A DNA stretch of 64,000 bases from Candidatus Saccharimonadales bacterium (GTDB lineage: Bacteria; Patescibacteriota; Saccharimonadia; Saccharimonadales; UBA4665). Within the stretch, counting starts at the first letter, position 1, and every line of letters begins with the position of its first letter. The stretch is taken from assembly GCA_035248005.1 (NCBI GenBank), contig DATFHU010000006.1, forward strand, positions 17,546 to 81,545, in the 5' to 3' direction. Below are positions 27,077-36,229 of this stretch, one piece after another. The position numbers were made by a program, and so were the translations under genes. Under the pieces are notes generated by a model, which was not told the DNA's origin, did no database searches, and saw only the letters and a program-made list of their open reading frames with translations.

Positions 27077-27335
27077 TTTTCCAACATTCTTACAATATTT
27101 TCCAGCCGTTTAACCGCTGTATAGCTTGTCAACTCGTTCACTCATTTGCAAACTAGGCCACATACAAAGTGTCCATAATTCCAGGAATTTATTTGCGAAA
27201 TTATATACTGGCTAGCAACCGATGCGCCAAAACAAATTATTGGCCCCATAATAGATATTATGGGGGAGCCTACCTTCATTCTCGGACAAGTGGTGATGCA
27301 ATTTTGCTGCTCCATATGTGGTGTAAAATTTTTGT

Positions 27336-28184
27336 ATGAGCTATGAAAATTTAACACCTCTTACTCAAGAGGAAATAGAGCGTATAGGGGTAAAGGAGTC
27401 CGAGCCTGGCTATCCGCCCCTGTCGAATAGACTGATTGTTCCTCGTGACCAATGGGATCAAATGGTAGCGGAGAATAGTATAATTATTCCGGATGATCCG
27501 GCTTATCACATCACTGATCATCCTAATCGTCGTAATGTTGCAGAAGATCAGCGGGATGATATCGCTACCGTTGGTCGGCCTATGTCTGCAGGGCTGGTAG
27601 CCTACTGGAAATCACTCGGTCTGCATGTAGATACTGCGGGCCGGCCGCTGCATCCGCGTGCAGCTGAGGTCTTGCCAGTGACAGGCATGTATACCGGCCC
27701 GGGCTGGAGTTATAGGTATGGCCCACAACGAATCGGCAATCTAGGCTTGCGTCGCACACGAAACAGTAGGGTGGAGTATGCGGTTGTTGCCGTACAGCGC
27801 AGAACTGTGATGTGGGGTTTGCCTGGCGGTTATGCCGAAATGGGCGAAACTCCAAGGCAAGCTGCTTTTCGGGAGGGCAGTGAGGAAGCAGGTGTTGACT
27901 TGCGCAAACAGGAACTTCAACGTCTTGTCGGACGGCTGGTGTTAAGAGACGTGCTTGCAAGGTTAAAGTGTTCTCCTAAAGACACATTACATGCTTGGCT
28001 GGAGGAGTGGTTTACAATCGTGCATAGCCCGGAAAACCCAGCCCTGGAAGGAGTTGAACTGAGGAACGGCGACACGGAAGTGCTTGAGATGGGCTGGATG
28101 GAGGCTGCGGAGATTGTAAGCCGTAAAGATTTTCTTGGCACTCACAAGAGAGTAGTCAGAGCACATGAGGGCATGGGCCAATGA
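27336..28184 (+). CDS. NUDIX hydrolase, ADP-ribose pyrophosphatase (NUDT9)-like
   Basis: GRPLHP...TG..G.G..YRYGP N-terminal motif and W.LPGG...GE....AAFRE.SEE box. Confidence 0.8.
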   Translation: MSYENLTPLTQEEIERIGVKESEPGYPPLSNRLIVPRDQWDQMVAENSIIIPDDPAYHITDHPNRRNVAEDQRDDIATVGRPMSAGLVAYWKSLGLHVDTAGRPLHPRAAEVLPVTGMYTGPGWSYRYGPQRIGNLGLRRTRNSRVEYAVVAVQRRTVMWGLPGGYAEMGETPRQAAFREGSEEAGVDLRKQELQRLVGRLVLRDVLARLKCSPKDTLHAWLEEWFTIVHSPENPALEGVELRNGDTEVLEMGWMEAAEIVSRKDFLGTHKRVVRAHEGMGQ

Positions 28185-28285
28185 GTGAATTTCAGCTTGG
28201 GAATGAACCGGTACAAAGTGTCATCATATGGCGTCATACACTTTTTAATAGATAAGCAGGCTTAACCGGGGAGGCGGCAAAAGAA

Positions 28286-28963
28286 GTGGTGAAAAGAGGT
28301 TTGAAACGTGATGATTATGACCCATGGCCTTTATTGGCGGAAGGTGTACAGCAGGCGGAATTGCTGCGCCGGGAGGTAGGACAGTTTGCCATTGATGCTT
28401 GCCTCTGCTCGCCCACTTTGCGCACCAGACAGACGGCGGATATTGTGCTTGGCGAGAGACAGATCGAGGTTGAGTATATGGAAGAGCTGCGGGAACGTGA
28501 CCGGGGAATATTTGCATATATGCCTGATGAATGGTCGGATAATCATCCCCTGTATAGAATCGGCAAGGAGTCGTTTCGGAAATGGCACCCCGGAGGTGAG
28601 GGCATGCAACCCCGAGCCGAAACAATTGAAGAAGTCATAGCTCGTATTGATTCTGCAGTGCTACGTCGGGCCGATGCCCTTGCGCCCGGAGGTTGTGTTG
28701 CCATTAGTACGCATGGCGAAACTATGGCAGCATTTCGTGGTGTACGGCGACTGGGTGCACGTGATGATGCCCGCTACGCCATGCCTGTTATTCCAAATCA
28801 TAAAGATATTAAACCCCACAAAAAGGCGAGTTGGATTGGACAGGTACAGATTGATATATATGAGCGGCGAGCAGATGGCCCTGAGATGACGCATTTCAGA
28901 ACACTCGGCTACCATAAAGGCGAGCGCTTTGGCACTGACTGGATAGAAATTGTGAGAGACTAA
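28286..28963 (+). CDS. Histidine phosphatase family protein (N-terminal RHG not visible)
   Basis: CSPTLRTRQTA, LRERDRG and ISTHGE; no RHG in the called ORF, which may be truncated or divergent. Confidence 0.75.
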   Translation: MVKRGLKRDDYDPWPLLAEGVQQAELLRREVGQFAIDACLCSPTLRTRQTADIVLGERQIEVEYMEELRERDRGIFAYMPDEWSDNHPLYRIGKESFRKWHPGGEGMQPRAETIEEVIARIDSAVLRRADALAPGGCVAISTHGETMAAFRGVRRLGARDDARYAMPVIPNHKDIKPHKKASWIGQVQIDIYERRADGPEMTHFRTLGYHKGERFGTDWIEIVRD

Positions 28964-29040
28964 TTTTCTGCCAGTGCTATTGCTCGGACGATATATTCAA
29001 TTCTCGCAAGCCTTTGTTCATTTGTTCTAGACCCGCCCAT

Positions 29041-29110
29041 AAGGTGTTCCAATTCAGACTCCACAGGGTCACCAAGTTGAAACCATATATTTTATCTTAT
29101 CGAACTCTCG
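29041..29110 (+). repeat. tRNA-Glu array junction G4
   Basis: GGGTCACCA (29066-29074) is identical to the tRNA end; TCGAACTCTCG (29100-29110) is identical to 23288-23298. Confidence 0.8.
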
Positions 29111-29310
29111 ACAGAGACGAAGAAATAGCTTCAAGTACTTGGAATTATTTCTTTAGCTCACTATTACACCTTTAGCAAGTTTTGATTCTCTTAGGGTTGT
29201 ACAGCGCAATACCCTGAATAGCTATCTGTTATATTGATGTTCGATTCCACCGGAGGCTGTCGTTTATCTTTCTGGCGTATGATTCTAAAGGTATACACTA
29301 CAATAAAGAC

Positions 29311-30126
29311 ATGAAGATAACTGTTCTAGGCTCCGGCGCGTGGGAAGGAATACCCGCTCCCTTCTGTCATTGTGGAGTATGTGTTGAAGCCACTAAGAAC
29401 CCGCATTCAATAAATAGCCGGACGCGACCTCAGTTGCTTGTGGAGAATGAAGAACAAAATTTTTTAGTAGAAGCCAGCCCTGATATTAGAATACAATCAG
29501 CCAGGTTTTCATTACCGCCAATACGAGACTTCATAATAAGTCATTGGCATTTTGACCATATGTATGGCTTACATGAACTTTTTGCATATAGCAAATATAA
29601 GGCTCATGGTTTGAATTTTTATTGCTCGAGAGATACCAAAAAAGTGCTCGATGACGAAGAATTTAACTATGTCCCAGCCGAAGTTATTGAGGTAAAGGCA
29701 TTCAAACCATTTGAACTGGCAGGAATTAAGGTCACACCCTTGCCGACATATCATATGCGTGATAGAGACGACCAAGTGGGCGAGGACCAGCTTGCGAATA
29801 CCTTTGGCTACCTGCTCGAGCATGATGGAAAGCGTGTGGCATATCTGGCGGATTATTACCGAGTTCCGCAGGCGGTTAAGGCACTACTGCGTGGAATAGA
29901 TGCTGTGATATGCGATGGTACCTACCTACTAACTGACGATTATAAAAGTTACAAGCCAAACCATATGCACGGTAAAGAAGGCATGGAACTTGCCGAAAAT
30001 TTAGGGGCAAGGCAGGTATATTACCATAGTGTGTCGCACCTCACCGGCAAAGATCACGATGCGCTTCAAGCGGCACTTCCGGCCGGTCATTCACTTACAT
30101 ACGATGGCATGAAGTTGGAATTCTAA
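29311..30126 (+). CDS. MBL-fold metallohydrolase, PhnP-like
   Basis: LGSG..GIP..FC.C..C, SHWHFDH, YH, D and H motifs. Confidence 0.92.
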   Translation: MKITVLGSGAWEGIPAPFCHCGVCVEATKNPHSINSRTRPQLLVENEEQNFLVEASPDIRIQSARFSLPPIRDFIISHWHFDHMYGLHELFAYSKYKAHGLNFYCSRDTKKVLDDEEFNYVPAEVIEVKAFKPFELAGIKVTPLPTYHMRDRDDQVGEDQLANTFGYLLEHDGKRVAYLADYYRVPQAVKALLRGIDAVICDGTYLLTDDYKSYKPNHMHGKEGMELAENLGARQVYYHSVSHLTGKDHDALQAALPAGHSLTYDGMKLEF

Positions 30127-30299
30127 GATAATTGGATCGCCGTAGGTTCACCATAAGAGATTATTGCCCATATCTGGAGCAACAAACAGGGCGCAAAAAC
30201 TTCCCCTTACAACATCCCGACAGCAATGCCTTGTGGCTCTGCCAATGTGGACTTAGCCCAATGTTGACACGGTGGTATAACAAAAGTTATACTTTAATC

Positions 30300-30536
30300 A
30301 TGAAGACAGCAATCTCTATACCAGACAATACATTCCAGTCAGCTGAGAAGCTCGCCAAGCGTCTGGGCAAATCTCGTAGTCAGTTGTATACCCAGGCCCT
30401 AAATAGTTATTTAGAGCAGAACGGTGAGAAGGGTGTGCAAGAATTGCTTGATAAAGTGTACGCTACCGAAGAATCTCAACTGCCCCCCTCGATGAGGCGA
30501 TTACAGTCCAAGGTTGTTAGTAAGGAACAATGGTAG
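30300..30536 (+). CDS. Ribbon-helix-helix antitoxin (MazF partner)
   Basis: MKTAISIPD..F..AE.LA..LG.SRSQLY..AL. Confidence 0.85.
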   Translation: MKTAISIPDNTFQSAEKLAKRLGKSRSQLYTQALNSYLEQNGEKGVQELLDKVYATEESQLPPSMRRLQSKVVSKEQW

Positions 30537-30871
30537 GCCGTGGTCAGATTTGGTGGGTGGATTTGTCTGAGCCACTGGGTTCTGAGCCGGGCTATACTAG
30601 GCCGGTCGTTATTGTGCAAGCAGATGTCTTTAACCGGAGCCGGATAAGCACGGTTATGGCGATTGTCATCACCTCCAATGTTCGCCTTGCCGAGGCCCCT
30701 GGAAACGTTCTATTGCTTGCTGATAAAACCGGGCTTAAGAAAGATTCCGTGGCGAACGTTTCTCAGACCGTAACTATTGATAAACGGGCATTGCGCGAAC
30801 AAGTTGGAGAACTCGACAACGAAACTATGCGGTTAATTGATGAGGGCATGCGTTTGGCGCTTGGTCTTTAG
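30530..30871 (+). CDS. mazF: PemK/MazF family toxin
   Basis: RGQIWWVDL..P.GSEPG..RP.VIVQ.D.FN; DS.ANVSQ..TIDK. Confidence 0.93.
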   Translation: MVGRGQIWWVDLSEPLGSEPGYTRPVVIVQADVFNRSRISTVMAIVITSNVRLAEAPGNVLLLADKTGLKKDSVANVSQTVTIDKRALREQVGELDNETMRLIDEGMRLALGL

Positions 30872-30912
30872 GGCGCTATATAATTTTGGGTCAAGTTCCT
30901 CTAAAGCTTCAG

Positions 30913-30947
30913 CAAGGTTTCGACCTGACTCGCCCTGTGGTTCACCA
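30913..30947 (+). repeat. tRNA-Glu array junction G5
   Basis: CAAGGTTTCGACCTGACTCGCCCTGTGGTTCACCA, 33/35 identical to G1. Confidence 0.85.
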
Positions 30948-31331
30948 AAAGAGAAGATGATATGATTTATATCCTCTTCTCTTTTGTAGGGCCATAGGGC
31001 CGGGTATACTCTTCTCGGCAGTGGAAAGCGGCGTATACTGAGTGGGAGGTAAGGGAATGTGCAGTGTCTATTATCAGTCAGTACGTGTTGCTCGATGGTC
31101 CCTGGCATAATGCGCATTGTGCAGTGGCGGCATAGGTTTTTAAGCTGGCAGTTGACGGCTATCTTACAGTTAGTTTCAGCAAGACTACTCAATCCGTTAT
31201 TGAAAATCCTCCATTTTGCACTTGTTGTATAGATAACAGAGACAGAGGAGCGATGAGCAGTTGCCACGCTGCGGCTTGTAATTAATGCAAGGTTCTGATA
31301 TCGTTAGCGACAACTAACGGAGTAAGAGGAT

Positions 31332-32528
31332 ATGTCCGAGTTTCGTGCTGATGTTACTGTTGTGGGCGGAGGCATCGCCGGGCTATGGTCTGCGAAAGAG
31401 CTGATCGATCAAGGGCTTACGGTTGATGTTGTCGAACGTACCGAGAGCCTTGCGAATGGCCCCACTACCAGAAACGAGGGCTGGCTGCATGCGGGCACAT
31501 ACCACTCGGTGGCCGTGTATGACGAAGAGGGCGCCAGGCAGGTAACTGAACGTACTGTATATGGTCATGACGCTATCCTTGGCTTCGTACCTGAAAGTGT
31601 CGAACACAGCCCAAGCTTCGCGATCTTCGCCGAGGAGGACCTAGTGCAAATTGCGCTTCGAAAATGGGATCAATTTAATATTCCGCACCAGGAGGTATCA
31701 AAAGGCAAGTTTGCAGCCGATGGGCTGGACACTGATAGGATAAAAGGGGCGTTTGCGGTCCGCGACCGCAGTGTAAACTCACGTGTAATCGTTGGCAGGC
31801 TGGCAGACTATATACTGGATAATGGCGGCCGAATATTCACGGGCGCAGCTCTTACCCCTACAGGCGGCACAACCGCAGACGTTGAGATTGACGGGGAGCG
31901 GCACAAATTCTCGTCCGACGCATTTTTGGTAACGGCAGGTGTTGGTACGAAAAAAGTCTTTGAGGAGATCACCGACACGCCATTCCCGATGCGTTACTTT
32001 AAGTCGCACTTATCTGTCGTGCCACGTATCAGCCAGGATAACATTTTCTACATGGACCCGCTCGAAGCCGGTTTGATGAGCCACGGCGGAGCTACCATCG
32101 TGGGCATTAACCGTGAAGCAGTAGAGGTTGAAACGCCTGAATACGGGGTATTGTTTGATAAGGTACGGCTCGTGCATGACGCCCTTCATCGTATGATGCC
32201 TGAGGTGGGTCGGTCGGCGCTTGCAAACGCTCTTGATGTCGCTTGTGTGAAAGCGGACGTAGCTGATGATGTTTCCAGACGGCGATCCGTTGATACAACG
32301 CAAGTCCTACAGGACTTAAACATTAAAGTATTTGAGCCGGTAGAGGGCTGGGTCTGTGCCATTCCTGGCAAAATGACCGAAGCACCGGCACTCGCGCGTG
32401 TGGCGGCCAACCGGATTATGAGCAGAGAATTTAGTGATTCGGAGCATGACGGTGGTACTAACCACGGGCACGCCCGGCCGCAAGTGACTTTACGACCAGC
32501 CGACCGCTGGCTGACAAGGCAGCCGTAG
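31332..32528 (+). CDS. FAD-dependent oxidoreductase (DAO/GlpA-like)
   Basis: VVGGGIAG Rossmann motif, VVER, T.RNEGWLHAG, PGKMT. Confidence 0.85.
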   Translation: MSEFRADVTVVGGGIAGLWSAKELIDQGLTVDVVERTESLANGPTTRNEGWLHAGTYHSVAVYDEEGARQVTERTVYGHDAILGFVPESVEHSPSFAIFAEEDLVQIALRKWDQFNIPHQEVSKGKFAADGLDTDRIKGAFAVRDRSVNSRVIVGRLADYILDNGGRIFTGAALTPTGGTTADVEIDGERHKFSSDAFLVTAGVGTKKVFEEITDTPFPMRYFKSHLSVVPRISQDNIFYMDPLEAGLMSHGGATIVGINREAVEVETPEYGVLFDKVRLVHDALHRMMPEVGRSALANALDVACVKADVADDVSRRRSVDTTQVLQDLNIKVFEPVEGWVCAIPGKMTEAPALARVAANRIMSREFSDSEHDGGTNHGHARPQVTLRPADRWLTRQP

Positions 32529-32565
32529 GCGTACTCACCCTATTATGTTATAGTGGCGCTTATTA

Positions 32566-33198
32566 ATGGCTACGGGAGAAAACATGGACGACTATCTAAA
32601 GAAAACACGGCAAATCAAAGGGTTCTTGGACGCAAATGAAGCTGTTGCAACTTTAGGGGCCGACAATGCCGTTCTTGACCCGTACTCGGTACTCATCAGC
32701 AAAGAGGTTAAAGTCGGCAAAGGTAATGTTTTTTACCCAAACGTCATCATTGAAGTTCAGGGCGGCGGTACAATAGCTATTGGTGACAACAACGTGTTCT
32801 ATCCCGGCACCTACCTCCTAAGTTCCGCAGGTTCCATAACTGTAGGTAATGACAATGAGTTCGGCACTAATGGTTGTACTATCAAGGCTAATATGCCGGA
32901 CGCACAAATTACCATTGGCGACAATGGCCGCTACTGTGACGGCGCCAATATTATGGGTAAGACTAGCCTCGGCAGCGGCAGTCAGGTACTCGGTGCCATT
33001 ACCGTACAGGGTTGCATATTGGCCGCTGGTGGCACATTTCAGACGCCTGATCCTGACAAACGGGCGGCTGTCCTGAAGGGTTTTGGCCTAGCGCGGGGCA
33101 TTACTCTCGAAAAAGGCCAGGTTGTTAACGGTTCGGGCAATTTTGCCGACCGACCGGTAGAATGGCAACATGACTATCACCCAAAGGTTAAGGCATAA
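32566..33198 (+). CDS. Left-handed beta-helix (hexapeptide) acyltransferase-like protein
   Basis: Repeats VKVGKGN, IAIGDNN, ITVGNDN, ITIGDNG. Confidence 0.85.
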   Translation: MATGENMDDYLKKTRQIKGFLDANEAVATLGADNAVLDPYSVLISKEVKVGKGNVFYPNVIIEVQGGGTIAIGDNNVFYPGTYLLSSAGSITVGNDNEFGTNGCTIKANMPDAQITIGDNGRYCDGANIMGKTSLGSGSQVLGAITVQGCILAAGGTFQTPDPDKRAAVLKGFGLARGITLEKGQVVNGSGNFADRPVEWQHDYHPKVKA

Positions 33199-33200
33199 GG

Positions 33201-33962
33201 ATGGTGGAACTTGGCTGTGGCCTTATTGCTATCGGGCGGCAATGGGGTACAACACCTGAAGTGCCGAGCGAAGCAGGTGCCATCACCTTCTTGCAAGGGG
33301 CATATGATGCTGGTGTGCGGTTCTTCGATACTGCACCGTCCTACGGTTTGAGCGAGGAGCGATTAGGTATTTTCTTGCGTTCATTGACACCTGAACAGCG
33401 CAGGGGGGTCCGCGTTGCTACAAAGTTCGGGGAACACTGGGACTCCCAGGAACGGACAGTATACGCTGACCACTCGCTAGATGCGCTCAAGCGTAGTTTC
33501 GATCAAAGCCGCAGCCGCTTGGGCGAGATCGTTATCCTACAGCTACACAAGACAACGCCTGCGCTGCTCAAAAGTCCAGTGATCGCTGAAGCTTTTAATT
33601 ATGCACTGGCGAACGGTGCTAAACAGATCGGAGTAAGCGTAAGCGACTCGGTTTCTGCCGAGATTGCACTGACAGATGACCGTTTTAGTGTCGTACAGCT
33701 GCCATACAACCCTGCAAGCCCGCAATTTCATGATGCAGTTGCTTCCGCCTGTGAACATGGTAAAGAGCTGCTGATTAACCGACCGTTGCAAATGGGCAAT
33801 ATTACCGCCGCAACGCAAGACAGCGAATCGAAACAGGCTGCCGTAGTGTCGGCGTTCCGCTTTATATTGCAAGAGGAGTTTGACGGGGTTATATTGACCG
33901 GCACCGCAAATCTCGGACACCTACAGGAGAACATGGCGGCATTTACTGCCGCTCAGCAGTAA
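33201..33962 (+). CDS. Aldo/keto reductase
   Basis: LGCG, FFDTAPSYG.SEERLG, ATKFG, LQLH and QLPYN motifs. Confidence 0.92.
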   Translation: MVELGCGLIAIGRQWGTTPEVPSEAGAITFLQGAYDAGVRFFDTAPSYGLSEERLGIFLRSLTPEQRRGVRVATKFGEHWDSQERTVYADHSLDALKRSFDQSRSRLGEIVILQLHKTTPALLKSPVIAEAFNYALANGAKQIGVSVSDSVSAEIALTDDRFSVVQLPYNPASPQFHDAVASACEHGKELLINRPLQMGNITAATQDSESKQAAVVSAFRFILQEEFDGVILTGTANLGHLQENMAAFTAAQQ

Positions 33963-33969
33963 ATTTGGC

Positions 33970-34578
33970 ATGAAAACAATCGTCAACGAAGACATCAACA
34001 GGCACGTCAATGGCTATATGGTTAACACCGTGCCGAGTTTGGCAAACCGCCAAAAAGTAGCCGACTTTCAAGCCAAACTCGCAGACCAATTTGGTAAGAG
34101 CCTGTGGTTGACACCGTCAGGTACGCTGCATATCACTCTCATGGACTGGATTGCGCCGCTGGTGGACTACGGAGAAGCTAAAGACAAGTTATTCAAAAAA
34201 TACTTTGCCGAATACGATGAAGCCCTCACTGATCTCACCGCACATGAGAAGCCTATTACCGTGCATTTCGATATGGTAAAGGCAACACCCGGCGCTATCA
34301 TTCTGACCGGAGAAGATGATGGAAGCTTTCAACGTATTCGCGATGGCTTTCTTGGCAAGGCCGCGCTCCTGCCAGGCACCAAGCAGCCGCCAACCATTAT
34401 TCACTCGAGTCTTGCCCGCTATACTGCCGAGCAGGACTTGGGACCGATTGCCGAATTTGTGGCCAATAATAACATTGTGTCATTCGACCACACCGTAACG
34501 CATTTCCGGCTCGTCCAGGAACACATAGCACCGCAGCTTAATTATACCCTTATTAAGGAGTACTCACTTGGGGGATAG
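33970..34578 (+). CDS. 2H phosphoesterase (2'-5' RNA ligase-like) family protein
   Basis: Two Hx[T/S] motifs: LHITL and IHSSL. Confidence 0.8.
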   Translation: MKTIVNEDINRHVNGYMVNTVPSLANRQKVADFQAKLADQFGKSLWLTPSGTLHITLMDWIAPLVDYGEAKDKLFKKYFAEYDEALTDLTAHEKPITVHFDMVKATPGAIILTGEDDGSFQRIRDGFLGKAALLPGTKQPPTIIHSSLARYTAEQDLGPIAEFVANNNIVSFDHTVTHFRLVQEHIAPQLNYTLIKEYSLGG

Positions 34579-34585
34579 GAAACAT

Positions 34586-35026
34586 ATGAAAGTACTTGTT
34601 ACCCGTGGTGCAGGTTATATAGGGGCACATACGGTCGTTGAGCTATGTACGCGTGGATATGAGGTTGTCATTTTGATAATCTCTTTAACAGTACCTCCGA
34701 AGTCATTGCGCGGGTGCAAAGTATAATCGGCTTCAAACTGCCGTACTACGAGGATGATGTACGGGATAAGGCGTTGCTTGTCCGCTTAAGTACTGGCAAA
34801 GGCGTGTCGGTACTTGAGATGATTCATGCGTTCGAGAAAGCAGCGGGCAAAGTATACCATATGAGATTGTCGGCCGACGCTCAAGTGATCTACCAAGCTA
34901 TTACGCAGATGCCCCTGAAAGGCTCAAACTGAACTTGGGCTGCACGCTGAAAAAGCCATTGAAGATGCTTGCGCCGACAGTTGGCGCTGGCAGTCATGTA
35001 ATCCGGATAGATATCCATTGCGATAG
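34586..35026 (+). pseudogene. galE: UDP-glucose 4-epimerase remnant
   Basis: MKVLVT.GAGYIG.HT start, frameshifts, a large internal deletion joining to TGKGVSVLEM..AFEKA, and a C-terminal DSWRWQ..NP. Confidence 0.85.
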
Positions 35027-35119
35027 ACGCTCTTGTAGTATAATGGCATGGCTACACTCATTGACAAAACAGCACTGGCAAGATTACGACAACGAGATGC
35101 AGCAAGTTAGGAGTATACA

Positions 35120-36085
35120 TTGCGTAAAGACAAACAGATTCTGATTGCTGGCGGAGCTGGCTTTATTGGCTCTCATTTATGTGAAGCATATCTTGCGGAG
35201 GGCGCTCATGTGACATGCATAGACAATACCTCTACCGGGAGAAAACAGAACATCCGTCAGTTTATTAAGGAGCCTAACTTCTCTTTTCATCAAGTTGATA
35301 TCTGCGAATCCTTGCCTGCAGAAGTTACGAAGCAGAAGTACGATTTCATCCTGAACTTGGCTTCTCCGGCGAGTCCGCCAAAGTATCAGGAACTAGCCAT
35401 TGAGACACTTCTTGTAGGCGCGATTGGAACAAAAAATTTACTAGATCTAGCCAGAAGGGATAACGCTCGATTTTTCCACGCGTCTACCAGTGAAGTATAC
35501 GGTGATCCGACCGTTCATCCTCAGCTTGAATCCTACTATGGCAACGTGAATTCCTATGGCCCGCGTGCCATGTATGATGAGGCGAAGCGCTTTAGTGAAG
35601 CATTGATCTATGTTTACAGAAACAAGTATGGGCTTTCGACTGGTACCGCCCGCATTTTCAATACATATGGTCCCGGAATGGATCCTGAAGATGGCCGTGT
35701 TGTTTCAAACTTCATAACCCAGGCGCTTGCAGGCAAGCCACTGACAATTTATGGTGATGGTAGTCAGACACGAAGCTTTTGCTACGTTGATGACCTCGTC
35801 AAAGGAATCATGAAGTTGGCTGCATCGGACGAAGAGGGGCCAATCAACCTGGGGAATCCGAGTGAGTTCACTGTGTTAGAGTTAGCCGACCAGATTATCG
35901 AGTTAGCTGGAACGCAATCGAAACTAGAGCATCACCCCCTTCCTGTTAATGACCCGACACAAAGACAACCAAATATTTCTAAGGCGAAGGCTAAACTGGC
36001 ATGGGAGCCACGAGTATCCCTTCATGACGGTTTAGGCAAGACTATTACGTATTTTAGAGAAACTCTGGGTATCTCTAGTTATTGA
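35120..36085 (+). CDS. UDP-glucuronate decarboxylase (UDP-xylose synthase) family SDR
   Basis: GGAGFIGSHL, NLASPASP, STSEVYGDP..HPQ.E.Y.GNVN..GPR..YDEAKR, DGRVVSNF and GDGSQTRSFCYV motifs. Confidence 0.92.
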   Translation: MRKDKQILIAGGAGFIGSHLCEAYLAEGAHVTCIDNTSTGRKQNIRQFIKEPNFSFHQVDICESLPAEVTKQKYDFILNLASPASPPKYQELAIETLLVGAIGTKNLLDLARRDNARFFHASTSEVYGDPTVHPQLESYYGNVNSYGPRAMYDEAKRFSEALIYVYRNKYGLSTGTARIFNTYGPGMDPEDGRVVSNFITQALAGKPLTIYGDGSQTRSFCYVDDLVKGIMKLAASDEEGPINLGNPSEFTVLELADQIIELAGTQSKLEHHPLPVNDPTQRQPNISKAKAKLAWEPRVSLHDGLGKTITYFRETLGISSY

Positions 36086-36229
36086 GTGACTTGAGTTGCG
36101 CCCATCGTTCTAGATAATGCTAGTTCGAAAACTCACTCTAAGATCAGAGGCACCTTCAAAGCTGCCATTATGAGTTTTTAAACATTCGCAAATATCTAAG
36201 CCCTAGAGCCATTTCTGTTCTACATGCCC

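Noticed and set aside
30982-30997. tRNA-Lys-like core (minus strand TGGCCCTACAA) inside the Glu island
   Set aside because: About one 11-mer with 1 mismatch is expected by chance in 128 kb of both strands; there is no arm or terminator context.
30833-31267. 144-aa minus-strand ORF as a real gene or recombinase remnant
   Set aside because: It is composite, running through junction G5 in a different frame. Its N-terminal part only vaguely resembles a recombinase C-terminal segment and cannot be supported without a search.
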